NCBI GenBank assembly: GCA_964016885.1
Contig: OZ024740.1
Coordinates: 134,602,001 to 134,666,000, forward strand
From: Eledone cirrhosa
Taxonomy: Eukaryota
Length of the DNA: 64,000 nucleotides
Reading direction: 5' to 3'
The notes under the pieces were generated by a model. It saw only the letters and a program-made list of their open reading frames with translations. It searched no databases and had not been told where the DNA came from. Positions 1 through 13,602 of this stretch are shown here, one piece after another; within the stretch, counting starts at the first letter, position 1, and every line of letters begins with the position of its first letter. The position numbers were made by a program, and so were the translations under genes.

Positions 1-1614
1 AAACACTGCCAGCCTGATGAGCCTCTGGGCTTGAGATAGACATTATACTTTTATTTAAATATAACAATTTAGATGTTGAAGTAATGAGGAGTCATTAAGG
101 GATCACTTGACCTGCTAGAGATATATAGAGTTTCAAATCTCACACTTCCAGGTTTTATTTAAAGGAAAAAGGACATACTGGATAATGTACACCTATGTGC
201 TATGTCTGAAGAAAAGAGAATGGTCACAGCTGGAAATTAACCACAGTACATTACTGGAGGTGATTTTCAATCAAATATTCCTTCTTTCCTAAAAATAATT
301 TATCCAAGGCCTAATCAAGAAAAAATTCAAAACAGAACAGAAAAGTGCTTACCCTTCTTCACAAGTCAATTTTATTTCTTCTCTTTTCACTGTTTTTTTT
401 TCGTGGGGTTTATCATGGTAGGAAGAACCTCAAAGACTAGTGGGAGGGAAGAAGATATCCTCAAACTTGAGACCCAGTGCAAATGTGTGCAACAAAGTGG
501 ACTATACTAAAGACACCCAAGGGCCAGACAGTGGTATGAAACTGGGCAACTGATTAAGTCTACAACCCAAGTAGGCCATATTAGGATTTGACTTCAGAAT
601 GTAAAAAACCAGAACAAATATGAGTACATAGACATTACGAAAAGATTTAACAACAGAACCTTCTAGCTGCTTTACAGCTTCCTTTGCTTCCCATTTTTTC
701 TTTATCTTTTGTATGCTTATTTTGCCTCCTGGTGCCCTTCCCTATTTAATTCTTATTTATTTATTTTAAATTCAAATTTAAATTTTGTTTATATTCATTT
801 ATCTCTGTATATCTTGTTTCTCAACTGTGTGAAGTGCTAGATACTTCACCTGGTCTGTTATGGCTTACTAATTCTATTCAGATGTATAAATTGATTAAAT
901 AAATAAATAAATACAGCAAGACATTTTGTCCAATACTCTAACAATTCCACCAATACCACATTAGACTAGTACTTTATTTTATCAACATTAAAAGGATGAA
1001 AGGCAATGCTGACCTTAGTGAAATTTGATCATCTATGATATCATCATAAAAAACAGATTATATGAGCAAGATATGATCACCTGACCAGGCTTGTCACATA
1101 AACTGACAACCTGCCTAAGCCATTAAGCATGGAAAATAGACATTAAATGGCAATGACTATATATATATGTAGTGAGAGAAATGTTTCCCCATGGCCACCA
1201 AATGAGTGACCTGCGACCTTGCAGAGAAGACAATAGATAAATTTCCCCTAATGGTAGGATTTATGGCACCAGTTGTAGGAAAGAGAACATATCCTGGGGC
1301 CATCTGTTATATATCAATAAAATAACAGTCATAAATAGGCTGTTGTGTGGTCCTAACCCACTCAGTCCTCTGCTTCTTCCCCCACACAACACAGCCTTGA
1401 TATATAATGGTTTACTACATTTCTTTTATGGGAACATTCCATGGCAAATAAAAGATTTGTGCACCACACTGGGGCTTTACTGGACAATATATTCATTTAT
1501 GAACATTATAATCAAACATTATATTTACGATTCAAAGTAATCATATTTTTTCCTTTTTGCTGAATTGAAGTAAAGATATATATTCAACCAGGAAAAAATA
1601 AAAAACTAAAACTT

Positions 1615-1647
<33 letters not shown>

Positions 1648-1889
1648 AGTAAGATGTATGGTAGGTCGTATGTGAATCGCGATGATCACGTCTGACTTAC
1701 CAAGTATGTGACGGTAGCTAGTTAAGCTCTATGCGTATACGCAGAGCAGAAATATTAGTGAAAAAGAACAAAGGAACTATTATGACATTATACCATGGGG
1801 TTGGACGAAACGGCTGTCGGCAATAAACTTGTTATAATGTCATAATAGTTCCTTTGTTCTTTTTCACTAATATATATATATATATAAAT

Positions 1890-2046
1890 AGGCTTCTTTA
1901 TAGTTTCCATCTACCAAATTCCCTCACAAGATATTGATTGGCCCAAGGCTATAGTAGAAGACACTTGCTGAAGGTATCTCACAGTGAGACTGAGCCCTAA
2001 ACTATGTGGTTCCATAGCAAACTTCTTAACTACACAGCCATGCCTA
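1890..2046 (-). mobile_element. tRNA-headed SINE family C
   Basis: GGCATGGCTGTGTAGTTAAG head and CAAGTGTCTTCTACTATAGCC core. Other copies at 3130-3463, 12880-13160, 53555-53885 and 54976-55275. Confidence 0.75.
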
Positions 2047-2144
2047 TGCTTGCAACAATTTAATACAAAATTAGAATTAATGATATTATCCTTTCTACTA
2101 CACAAGAAAGACAGAAAAATAAAAGGAAGCAATATTTAACTTAC

Positions 2145-2213
2145 TTTTGGAAGCAATCGTCCAATACATAAAGCTCCTGCTTCACAAGTTGTAGACAAAA
2201 TGTTACCTGGCAA
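2145..2213 (-). CDS. LBP/BPI-family exon (LPGNILSTTCEAGALCIGRLLPK); gene continues left of the window
   Basis: CAG acceptor, GTAAGT donor, 69 nt, phase 0 to 0; L.TTC...CIG.L.P motif of invertebrate LBP/BPI proteins. Confidence 0.88.
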
Positions 2214-4648
2214 CTGTTAGAAATACATGAGATATAAAAGCAATAGATTCACTTATTTATTATAGTTGTTTATTTATATTTTATTAAACTTCAAAACATC
2301 AAAGATATAGTTATCAATAAATATAATATATTGATACATTTTAGCATTACTATCATTCACTTAAAAGATCTGAAAGTTTATCGATGATAACTTCTCAACT
2401 TTGGTTTACAAAATGAAAAATAACATCGTAAATATCAATGAATATTTTAAAAGAAAATCAGATGGAAATATTACAAGAGAAGACATCACTATCCAGTGAA
2501 GTTACACAAGTTATACTTAAGACATTAAACATTAACCATGTATATATAAAGATAGATATTTAAATATATCACAAATTTGTAGGCTGTTAAATAAATAGAT
2601 AAACTAGGTAGATAAACATGTAAATGTATAGACTGTTGTTTGGTCCCATGTTAGCTCGAATAGAGAGGATGAATGATTGAAGTTACTCTAGCTGTGACCA
2701 ACCCACCTTTTATTGTACAGACATAGTATATCTCGGTTCACATTCTCAATCAAACAGTTCTTTTTATAAGGGTGTAATTTGAAGAAAATTTGGTTGATAT
2801 TTGGTTCAAATGACTACATAGAGGTACCTTAGTTGGCTTGTATGAAAATATAGAGGAATTTTCTATATATATTTCTAAATATTTGTCTGCATGAGTGTCC
2901 CAGCTACTTCTTAAGACCCATCATAGTTTTTTAATAATTCTAGTCAGAAAAGTAAGCTGTGAGAAGTGAGCTTGATGTTTAGCAGCACTGTCACAACTCC
3001 AGACATTCTTTGGTCTTATAAGACCCCATCAGCAAAGCAAAGTCTAGTTATTATTTTAAAATATACTGCAGAGCAGTGTATGATACTGGTTTCTATGTAT
3101 GTAAGACTTAAAATAAACCTCAGTTTGCTTGAACGAGGAGTGTTCTAGTTGTTAGATCAATGGAACAGCCTGCTTATGAAATTAGTGTGCAAGTGGCTGA
3201 GCATTCCACAAACACATGTACATTTGATGTAATTCTCAGAAAGATTTAGTGTGACACAGAGTATGACAAGGTTGGTCCTTTGAATTACAAGTACAGTCCA
3301 TCTGATGGGCTTCCTAACAATTTCTGTCTTCCTAAATTCATTCACAAGGCTTGGGTCAACTTGAGACTATGGTAAAAGACATTTGTTCAAGATACCTTGC
3401 TGTGGGGTTGAACCCAGGACCTTAAATTTACAAAATGAACTTCTTAACCATTCAGCTATGCTGCATCCACATGTAAGACAAATAAACATCCACACATAAT
3501 GTTACTTACTATAGATATAGCTTCTTTCTTTTTTTCCTGCACCCTAGACTGTTATGAATAATATAGATTCCTAACATAGAACATATATAGTTTAATAGTG
3601 AAATTGAAAGTAATATATTTACTCAAATATTAACAGAATTCTATTTGAAGATGATGTTGAGTAGGTAAGATATTTCTATCCAATATAACATAAGTGAATT
3701 AAATTTATGGCCACTGATGACAGGCTGTTCAATTTAACAGGATAGTTTTGAAGTTTAAGTTACACTTGAACTCTCCAGTGATATCTAATTGTCTTCCAGA
3801 AATATTCTCTGTGTGACATGATGCATTGATTCAACCCAACATCTGCCAAATTGAGAAAGGTATAGTTGTCAGATATTATATCTACTGGTAGCTGGTTTGG
3901 AATATCATACATTATTACTATAATGACTTTATGGCAAGAAGTTAAGTCAGAGAAGATGTGCAGCCAAATGGTCAGGATGATGATCCAATGGTTGTGAGTT
4001 TCTGGGTTCAATCCTCAGTGTAAGCAGCATGTTGTGTCCTTCAAGGTGGCACTTTATTTCACATTGATCCAATCCTTTCGGTTGAAAATGAATACCAACA
4101 GCAGCTGGAGGTTAACTTTGAGACAAACTGGCATCCTGTCATGTATTCTCAGTTACTTAATGCCAGCATGGAAAGGCAGACATAAAAACAGCTGTTTTAC
4201 ATGTGTTTAAAAGAATATGAATACTCCAGTTATACTTGGAGAATGAAAGAATTGATGTTTTTCTCTTACCAAACCAGAACAGACACACACACACACACAC
4301 AAACAAACAAATAGAGTATTTTATTTTGAACATGGCAAGTGGAGAAAACAGACTAAAAAAATGGCTTACAATCCAACCCATGACAAATTTGAAAAATAGA
4401 CATAAAATGATGATATTAACAAATTATGTTTATCAAAAATATATATATCAGCAGCATCATCATCATTTAACGTCTATTTTTCCATGCTTGCATGGGTTAG
4501 ATGGGACCTTATGAGACAAGTCAGGTCCAGAACACACATCTTACTCAGATGGATCTGTATTTTTGGCTTGGTTTCTACAGCTGGATGCCCTTCCTAACAC
4601 CAGCCACATATGTTTAGAAAAATAGAGTCTGGTGAGAGGTCAACTTAC

Positions 4649-4825
4649 ATGGTCACTGGTAACTTCAAAGGACAGCATATCATGTGAAAAGGCAGCATAA
4701 CAATAACTATTAAACACATGGTCAGATATTTGTAGATATATCATACGGTCTGTTTCTATGAGAGGAACTAATGGCATTGGGCTGAATGGAATCCCTTCTC
4801 TGTCACCTTTCCATGTAATTTCACC
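4649..4825 (-). CDS. LBP/BPI-family exon (GEITWKGDREGIPFSPMPLVPLIETDRMIYLQISDHVFNSYCYAAFSHDMLSFEVTSDH)
   Basis: CAG acceptor, GTAAGT donor, 177 nt, phase 0 to 0; proline-rich linker PF.P and RM.Y..ISD..FN motif. Confidence 0.92.
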
Positions 4826-4862
4826 CTGGAAGAAGAGAGAGAAAAAATGAGAAATATGATGA

Positions 4863-4906
<44 letters not shown>

Positions 4907-5347
4907 AAAATTAAGATAAATCAAATGAATTTAATCCAAATCAAAATTATGGGTGTCATGCCAGAAAGACATGCGCCATATCATCCGCAAAATAAGCTCT
5001 AAGATTCTAACGAGTAGGTCCGAGCATTTTATAATAACTAGAAATTGAGTAACATATAAATGAACATGAATAATCACAGGAGATAATTTTTACAAGTGTG
5101 TAACAACACATAGCTAGGTAGGTAACTACATAAAGTTGACCAGAACTTCAAAAATAGATACCTTATAATATATATATATATATGTGGAATGATAGGGACC
5201 CCAGTCCCTATCATCTCATTTCTACAGCTGAGTAAACTGGAGCAATGTGAAATAAAGTGTCTTGCTCAAGGAAACAACACAACACCCGGTCTGAGAATTG
5301 AGCTCACAACCTTTTGATTGCAAGGCCAATGCTCTAACCACTAACCA

Positions 5348-5426
<79 letters not shown>

Positions 5427-5427
<1 letters not shown>

Positions 5428-8400
5428 CATCAACGTTTAACGTCCGTGTTTCACGCTTGCATGAGTTTGGACGGGGGTATTCCCACTTGAGGCAAGAGTG
5501 ATTGTCTTGCTCGCATAGGACTGTCTGGCAGGTTTTCTACAGTTGGATGCCCTTCCTAACACCAACCACATTTACAGTGTGGGACTGGGAGGTTTTTACC
5601 GTGTTGCCTACACGCCCACATTACAGCGTGGACTGTGTGTTTTTTTGTCGTGACACCTACACGATCTCATTTGTTTCGGCCTGGATGTTGTGGCACCAAC
5701 ATAACTTTACATAGGAGGGGGTGGTGTGGATGGGGTGTGGGTGGTGGGACGGGGGTGTATTTAGAGATGCCTACTGGCTGTAGTAGGTTTTACTATGTAT
5801 TTAGGTAAGGCGGGTCTTCTCTATTACTGAGTACTGCCAAAGGTCTCGGTCATTGTCTTGGAGAGGTGTGAGGTCGGAGTTTATCAGCTCGTCCCAGGAT
5901 TTTCTAGGTCTGCCTATTCCGTGGCTACCGTCTATCTTTATTGCCCTGCACTTTGTTATACAGCTATCGACTTTCATGCGCATCACGTGTCCGTACCAAC
6001 GTAGCCTTCTCTCGAGTAAACAACATCTGATCCCTCTTATTTCTAATTTTTTCCTTAGTTCGTTTATGCTTTGCCGTTCACGTATATTACTATTACACAT
6101 CCAGCGGAGCATGCAAGCTTCGTTCCTCTCTAGTCTGCGTATATCCTCTACACACAATGCCCAGGTCTCACTGCCATGCAACATTGCTGTTCGTATGCAG
6201 GCATCATACAACCTGCCTTTCATTTTTAGGGAGAACCCTTTAGCGGCTAATAGTGGTATAAGCTCTCTGAACTTTTTCCATCCAGTTCTGACTCTAGCTA
6301 CTGTACTTTCGGAGCACCCTCCCCCACTGCTGATTTTGTCACCCAGGTAACGGAAGCTGTCCACTATTTCTATAGAGCCCTCTGCGCAATTAAAAGAGTT
6401 AGTATTTTGTGGGCACTCGCTGCTACTTATTGCACCAGAGCACCGCCCACATGTAAAATCTAAGTTCTTAGTTAGCTTACCTGTGATCCCACTACATCTT
6501 TTATGCACCTATACTTTGCATTTGGGACATAAAATGGAGTTTCTACCTACGCCTTTCCTACACACTGAGCATGGCCATTTCCCGGAAGGGACCGCCGCCT
6601 TATTTTCTTCCCTACAAACTAGAACTTTAGTCGTAGCCAGGTTAATTTTAAGGCCTTTTGATTCTAGGCCGTGCTTCCATGTTTGGAATTTCTTCCCTAG
6701 CTCGGCCATTGATTCAGCTATGAGTGTCAGGTCGTCTGCATATAGGAGTTCCCATGGGCAGCCGGTCTTGAACTCCTCTGTTATAGCCTGAAGGGCAATA
6801 ATAAATAGTAGGGGGCTGAGAACAGAGCCCTGATGGACGCCAACTTTTACGCTAAACTCTTCACTATATTCGTTGTTAATTCTAACCTTGCTGACTGTTT
6901 CTTTATACATGGCTTGTATAGCTCTCACAAGCCATTCGTCGACACCTAGTTTTCTAAGGGCCCACCAGATAATGGAACGGGGGACTCTGTCGAAGGCTTT
7001 CTCCAAGTCGACAAAAGCTAAGTAGAGGGGTTTACCTTTAGCTAGCTACTTCTCCTGTAGTTGACGTACAATGAAAAGAGCGTCTGTGGTACTTTTGCCT
7101 GACACAAACCCGAACTGCATTTCATCTAGGTCAATTCTCTCTCTGATTAGTTGTTAATTTTTCCGTGACCTTCATGACCTGGTCGATTAATTTAATGCCT
7201 CTATAGTTACTCCTATCTAGGGCATCTCCTTTACCCTTATAACAGTTAACGATGATGCTGCTATGCCAGTCCTTCGGAACAACCCCATTCTGTACGACTT
7301 GGTTAACTATCCGGGTGACCAAGGTGTGTCCCACCGTGCCAGATGCCTTCAGCATCTCAGCAACTATTTCCGAAGGCCCAGCTGCCTTACCCGTCTTCAT
7401 ATCCTTGATTGCCTTACTTATTATACTACCCTCGACTAACACTGCTGGTCCCTCTATTGGGTCGATGTGGGGGAGACTGTCTTTCTCCCATTTATTCTCC
7501 TCATTTAGTAGCCTTTCATAGTGACACTTCCAAGCTACCTTCTTATCAGCGTCGGTGATGGCAAGTATGCCGTCATCATTAAGTACACACTTCTCCCCGA
7601 CAATATCACGGTTTTCCTTGACACATTGCCTAGCAATCCTGAACACCTCACGTTTTTGGTCCTCACGTTGTAGAACATGCTTGAACTTTCTTTCCTCTGC
7701 TTCCCTTCTTGCGAAGAACACTTGTCTCCTAGCCTCCCTCCCGGCCACTTGATAGTCTTCTCTACTTCCCCCATCCCGCCATACTTTCCAAGCCTGCTTT
7801 TTGGCCTTAATTGACCCCTCCACCCTACTGTTCCACCACCATGTTACTCTCCTCCTCCCTACAGGCCTGCTCCAGCCACAGACTTCGTCTGTCGCCATCA
7901 GCAGGTTTGCTTTCAGAAATTCCCACTGTCCCTCTATATTGTCCGACTCTAAATGCTCTTCCTTACTGTCGAAAGCATCAAGTAATATGCTTTGAAATTT
8001 ATTTCTGGCTGTGGGGTCCTTTAGCTTCCATATTTTTCTCCTGAGGATAGTCCTCTTCTGCTGTCGAGTACGTCTCGTCCTGACTATGAGGTCACTAATT
8101 ATCAGTCTATGTTGGGAGGTGCATTCTTCATGAGGGAGGGATTTAGTGTTTACAACAGACACTCTGTCACGTCTTCTGGTAAGGGTATAATCTACCTGGC
8201 TTGTGTGTTCCCCGGATCTATAGGTGATCAGGTGATTGTCACGTTTTTTGAAGTTAGTGTTACAGATAGTTAGGTTATTTGCGTCACAGAATTCCAGGAT
8301 TCTGGAGCCTTCCTCATTTCTAGTACCAAACCCATAGCCTCCATGGATTTCGTCGTAGCCGTCACAATGTTGTCCAACGAGACCATTTAGGTCGCCTGCG

Positions 8401-9173
8401 ATAATTATATAGTCACTGTCGGTTATTTGGGAGGTAGTGAGCATCAGTGTCTCATAGAATCTGTCTTTTATAGTGCCGGGCAGTCCGGATTGGGGTGCGT
8501 ACGCAGATATTACTGTCACCGTAGTTCTATTGAGGACAAGTCTTATTTTAATTATTCTGTCGTTCACTCTATTTACGTCTATTATCTTATCTGCCCACTT
8601 TTCTGCTACCATGATTCCTACTCCACTCAGCCCATCGTCGTTTCCCGCCCAGAAAAGCTTATAACATCGTTTTTTACCCTCAATGAATCTAGCAGATCCA
8701 CCCCTCCACCTGGTCTCTTGAATACAACAAACATCGACCTCCTTACGTTCAAGCATTTCTACAACCTCGTTAGTGCGACCCTTTAAGGTGCCTACGTTTA
8801 TGGTACCAACTCTGAAGTTTTGGATTGTGTTTGTGGGGTGGGGTCGGTGGGGGGCGGGGGGCGATGGGGTTATGTTAGACGTCCGCGGTCGAAACAAAGA
8901 GGAGTGCTCGCATTCTCGTCCACGAGGTGAATTTGTCTTTATCTTTGGCATTGTCGCTGAGCGTCCAGATTTTTCTCTCTCCTCCACTCTCCAGGATTCC
9001 GTAGTCTATCCATCCATCATATATCGAAAGGCAACCAGGCAAGCGATAGTATAGGCCTCTGGCTTATGATTGGTCCGCGTAATAATAATAATGGTGATGC
9101 GTGGGGGCTCTGGCTTATGATTGGTCCACGTAATAACAATGGTGGTGCGTGGGGGCGGGAGGGAGGGCTGTTG

Positions 9174-9175
<2 letters not shown>
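5427..9175 (-). mobile_element. Near full-length RTE-clade LINE (APE endonuclease + RT), disrupted by stops and frameshifts
   Basis: ORFs 7131-8987, 6509-7006 and 5801-6508 carry APE motifs (TINV, QETRW, GDLN, TSQHRL) and RT motifs (HQGSVLSP, LYADD). Short (GAT)-type tail; (TA)n on both sides. Confidence 0.95.
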
Positions 9176-9234
<59 letters not shown>

Positions 9235-9342
9235 GGAGAGAGAGAGAGGCACCAAGCCAGTCCCACCCTTGCAAGCAGGGAAAAGTGGACATAAAATGAT
9301 GATGATGATATATATATATACAGATTTAAAGATATGAGAGTA

Positions 9343-11743
9343 AAGAAGAACAAATAGAGACATTCAATGTAAAAGAGCACTGGGAGTTCCTAAAAAATAA
9401 CTTACTAAAGGCGACGGATAAGATCTGTGGCTGGAGTAAGACCACAGGCAGGAGGAGAGTGACTTGGTGGTGGAACAATAAGGTAGATGAGGCAGTTAAC
9501 GCCAAGAGACAGGCTTGGAAAGAATGGAAGAACGGGGGGAGCAGGGTACATTACATAGAGACCAGGATGGAAGCTAGGCGACAAGTATACTTAGCTAGGA
9601 GCGAAGCAGAGGATAGAAAATTCAAGCATGTTTTGCAACATGAGGACCAGGTGTTCGATATTGCGAGGCAGTGTTTCAGAGAGAATTGTGATGTCATTGG
9701 AGAGTAGTGTATCCGGAATGATAAAGTGCTGAGAAGAAGAGCCATTATGATTTATTACTAAATGAGGAGAATGCATGGGAAGAAGAGACCCTACCCCAAG
9801 TGGACCCTATAGAGGGGCCAGCAGTACAAGTCAGTAGTAAGTAAGGCAATCAAAGATATGAAGATGGGGAAGGCAACAGGTCTATCGGGTATAGCTGCTG
9901 AGATGCTGAAGGCATCTGGGTCGGTAGGTCACACCATAACCACACATATTGTTAACCAGGTAATACTAGGTGTCATACCAAAAGATTGGTGCAGTAGCAT
10001 CATTATCAACTGCTACAAAGATAAAGGTGATGCACTCGATAGAGGAAACTATAGAGGTATAAAGCTGATGGACCAGGTCATGAAAGTAACAGAAAGAGTT
10101 ATAGTACAGTTAATTAGGGACCGGGTGAAACTAGATGAGATGCAATTTGGGTTTGTGCCAGGAAGAGGCACCACTGATGCCCTCTTCCTTGTGAGGCAGT
10201 TACAGGAAAAGTACCTAGCTAAAAGTAAGCCGCACTACCTGGCATTCGTCGATCTCAAGAAAGCCTTTGACAGAGTTCCCCGAGCTATAATCTGGTGGGC
10301 TCTTAGAAAACTAGGAGTAGATGAATGGCTTGTGAAAGCTGTACAAGCGATGTATAGGGGAACAGTCAGCAAAGTTAGGATTAGCAATGACTATAGCGAG
10401 GAATTTAGCATACAGGTCAGTGTCCACCAGGGCTCTGTTCTTAGCCTTCTCCTGTTCATCATAGTTCTGCAGGCAATAACGGAGGAGTTTAAGACCGGAT
10501 GCCCATAGGAACTCCTGTATGCAGATGACCTGGTACTTATAGCTGAATCTATGGTAGAACTAGAGAAGAAATACTAAACTTGGAAGCAGGGACTAGAAAG
10601 AAAGGGTCTCAAAGTCAACCTGACAAAGACTAAGGTCCTTGTAAGTAGACGAGAAAACAGAACCCAGATCCCCTCAGGGAAATGGCCTTGCTCAGTATGT
10701 AGGAAGGGTGTAGGTAGGAACTCCATTCGCTGCCCCAAATGCAAACAATGGGTACACAAGAGATGTAGCGGGATCTCAGGCAGCTTAACTAAGAATGTAG
10801 GCTTCACATGTAGCGGCTGTGCTGGGACAGCAAGCAGCAAACAGCCACAGGGAACAAGTACCACCAATCTCTGGGAGGGCTCTGTAGGAACAGTAGACAG
10901 CTTCTGCTACCTAGGTGACCAAATTAGCAGTGGAGGTGGGTGTTCGGAAAGTACAATAACTAGGGTAAGAACGGGATGGAAGAAGTTCAGGGAGCTACTG
11001 CCTCTGCTAGCTGCAAAAGACTTTTCCCTCAAACTGAAAGGCAGACTGTATGATGTGTGTATACGAACAGCAATGTTACATGGTAGTGAGACCTGGGTGC
11101 TGTCTGTGGAAGACTTGCGTCGATTAGAAAGAAAAGAAGCCTGCATGCTGTGATGGATGTGTAATAGTAATATATGCAAACGGCAAAGCATAAACAAATT
11201 GAGAGAGAGACTGAGCATAAGAGGAATCAAATGCTGTGTGCAGGAGAGGCGGTTGCATTGGTATGGACATGTGATGCGTATGAAGGATGACAGCTGGATA
11301 AAAAGGTGCAGAGCACTAGAAGTCGATGGAAACCGCGGAGTGGGGAGACCCAAGAAGACCTGGGATGAGGTGATAAAAGCCGACCTTACCCAATTACACC
11401 TCTCAAAGGTGATGACACATGACCATGACCTCTGGCATCATGCAGTAATACAGAAGACCCAACCCTCCACGGGTACAAGCCAAAGCTGAATCATATAGAC
11501 AATATGCCCCCACACCCTCCCACTGCAAAGTGGACATGTAGGCGCCACGGAAAAAAGCACCCAGCACTCACTATAAATGAGGCTGGTGTTAGGAAGGACA
11601 TCCAGCTGTAGAAATCAAGCCAGAATCAGTTCCCATATGAGCAAGACAAGGTCATCCGACCGGACACTGCCCACAACAGGACAACCCGTCTAACCCATGC
11701 TAGCATGGAAGAACGGACGTAAAACGATGATGATGATGATGAT
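9343..11743 (+). mobile_element. 5'-truncated RTE-clade LINE, diverged relative of the neighbouring copy
   Basis: ORFs 9459-9707, 9858-10508 and 11157-11489 align to the same RT region (NYRGIKL, QFGF, KAFDRV); ends in (GAT)n. Confidence 0.95.
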
Positions 11744-11769
11744 ATATATTTTTATTATTAAAATATTTT

Positions 11770-11889
11770 TTTTTCTTTCAGATTAAATATGAATAAAAAC
11801 ATGATCCAATCATGGAAAAATTAGTTTTGAATTGATTTGTAATGTTTTATTAATAAAAATAGGTAAGAAGTGACTTTTGGCCCACCCTG
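11770..11889 (-). mobile_element. Tc1/mariner terminal remnant
   Basis: Reverse complement reads TA-CAGGGTGGGCCAAAAGTCAC, a mariner/Tc1-like TIR start after TA; the inner boundary is approximate. Confidence 0.45.
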
Positions 11890-12481
11890 TATATATACAG
11901 TTCAGATCTAGCTGTCGAAATGGCCAGAGCTCAGCCACCGGGGTCCTGAATCTCTTCATATGTATATATGTTTATATATATATATATATATATACGTACA
12001 TATATATATATATGTATGTGTGTGTAACGAAGTGGGGGTGACTGGGGTTGTATATTGAACTGTATACAAAATGTTAATGTAAACGAACACCTTTGTAGCC
12101 TCACTATGTGTGTGTGGGGGATGAGAAGAGGTGAAGTCAATGTAGCAGTGGGCTTATAGAAGATGAAGGTAAAGTGTGTGTGGTGAGTGTGGTCAATAGA
12201 CAGAGATGTCAAGAAATTGGTCTGAAGAGTTGGAGACAGGTGGTGAATGTGAGGGTAGGATGAAAAGACTGGACAAAAGAAATAAAAGAGTCGAGCTGCT
12301 CATGAGAGAGAGAGCTGGTGCCGATACAATTGTCGATGTAACGACATATACATACAGAGAAGGGGATGCAGTTCTGGATTATGGTTAATCTGGATTCATC
12401 TTTGATAATTCAAACAATGAATGTCCAGAACAGTATCAACTTAATATAAATAATCTTTGTCCACTCTGTGGTATTACTATG

Positions 12482-12700
12482 AGGATTGGAAGAATCAGTA
12501 GAGCGTCAGACAACATACTTTGTGGCATAGAGTTACGGCCCTTTACATTATGAATTCAAATCCCACTGGGGTTAGCTTTGCCTTTCATCCTTGCGGGGTC
12601 GATAAAATAAAGTACCAGTCACGGACTGGGGTCAATTTAATCGACTATCCCCTCCCATTCAAATTGCTGGCCTTGTGCCTAAAGTAGAAACAATTATTAT
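12482..12700 (+). mobile_element. SINE family A, longer variant
   Basis: Same A/B boxes and central domain, with an extra GGGGTCGATTTAATCGACT segment. Further copies near 16040-16720, 20220-20610, 21145-21330, 29075-29290, 33853-34080, 37160-37745, 54778-54965 and 55930-56085. Confidence 0.85.
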
Positions 12701-13510
12701 TTCTTCTATTTCCTCAGCATTTCATTGTTATTTTAATAGTATTTGAATTGTTAAATCAGAAGCTGTCTGTTGCAGCTTTGGGTATTTAGCACCTTTTCTA
12801 TGGTTTTTGCTGCATCAATCAACCAAGCTTTCTGTAGAGTATTCCAGTTCTTCAAACAGTTGATCTACATACTCATTGTATTTGTGTGTATATATTCCAC
12901 AGAAACGTGTACCCTGAATGTCATTTTCAGGATGAATCAGCATGACATAATATGAGACAAGGCAGAACCTTTAAACTACAAGTACAATCTATCTGATGGG
13001 TCTCTATACAGTTTTGGTCTTTCAAATTTCACTCACAGGGCTTGGATCAATTTGCTTGGATCAATTTACTAAAAGGCACTTTTTCTAGATTCTTTGAAAT
13101 GGGTTCAAATACAAGAAATACAAGACCTCATATGTACGAAGTTTAATTTCTTAACTACTTTACTATTTCTAATTAAAAATTAGAGATAAGCACTACATCC
13201 CCCCCCCCCCACACACACACACTCTACAGCCCATTTTTTAAAATCATTATATTAGTATATTAATAGTGATTCTGAACTTTACCTACCCTCATTTTACTAA
13301 GTCTAGAGTGGAGAAAGGCAAATTCAATTTTAGTGTGGTTTGAACCCAGAACATAGAGACACAAAACTAAATATTGCAAGGCATTTAATCCAGTACTCAA
13401 CCATTACTGTGAACATACCATCATAACTGCAACATATAGATAACCACTGTAAACAACTATAAAGCTAAAGACAATGTAAAGTTATGGTTTTATACTAAAA
13501 AGCAACTTAC

Positions 13511-13602
13511 CTTATGGTATGTCTCCATGTAGTCTTCAGTGAAATAAGGTAGTTCCAACATGCTGTAGTCCATCACATAGTTGTTCTTGAAAGTGATATT
13601 CA
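13511..13602 (-). CDS. LBP/BPI-family exon (VNITFKNNYVMDYSMLELPYFTEDYMETYHK)
   Basis: CAG acceptor, GTAAGT donor, 92 nt, phase 1 to 0; DYS..P..T...HK(GE) motif. Confidence 0.92.

Noticed and set aside
10-45. CTGATGAG-CC...GGCT hammerhead-like start
   Set aside because: No GAAA or stem III; it matches the 3' end of SINE family B.
348-392. GTAAG donor on the minus strand as the next LBP/BPI exon
   Set aside because: No polypyrimidine acceptor and no BPI-like translation.
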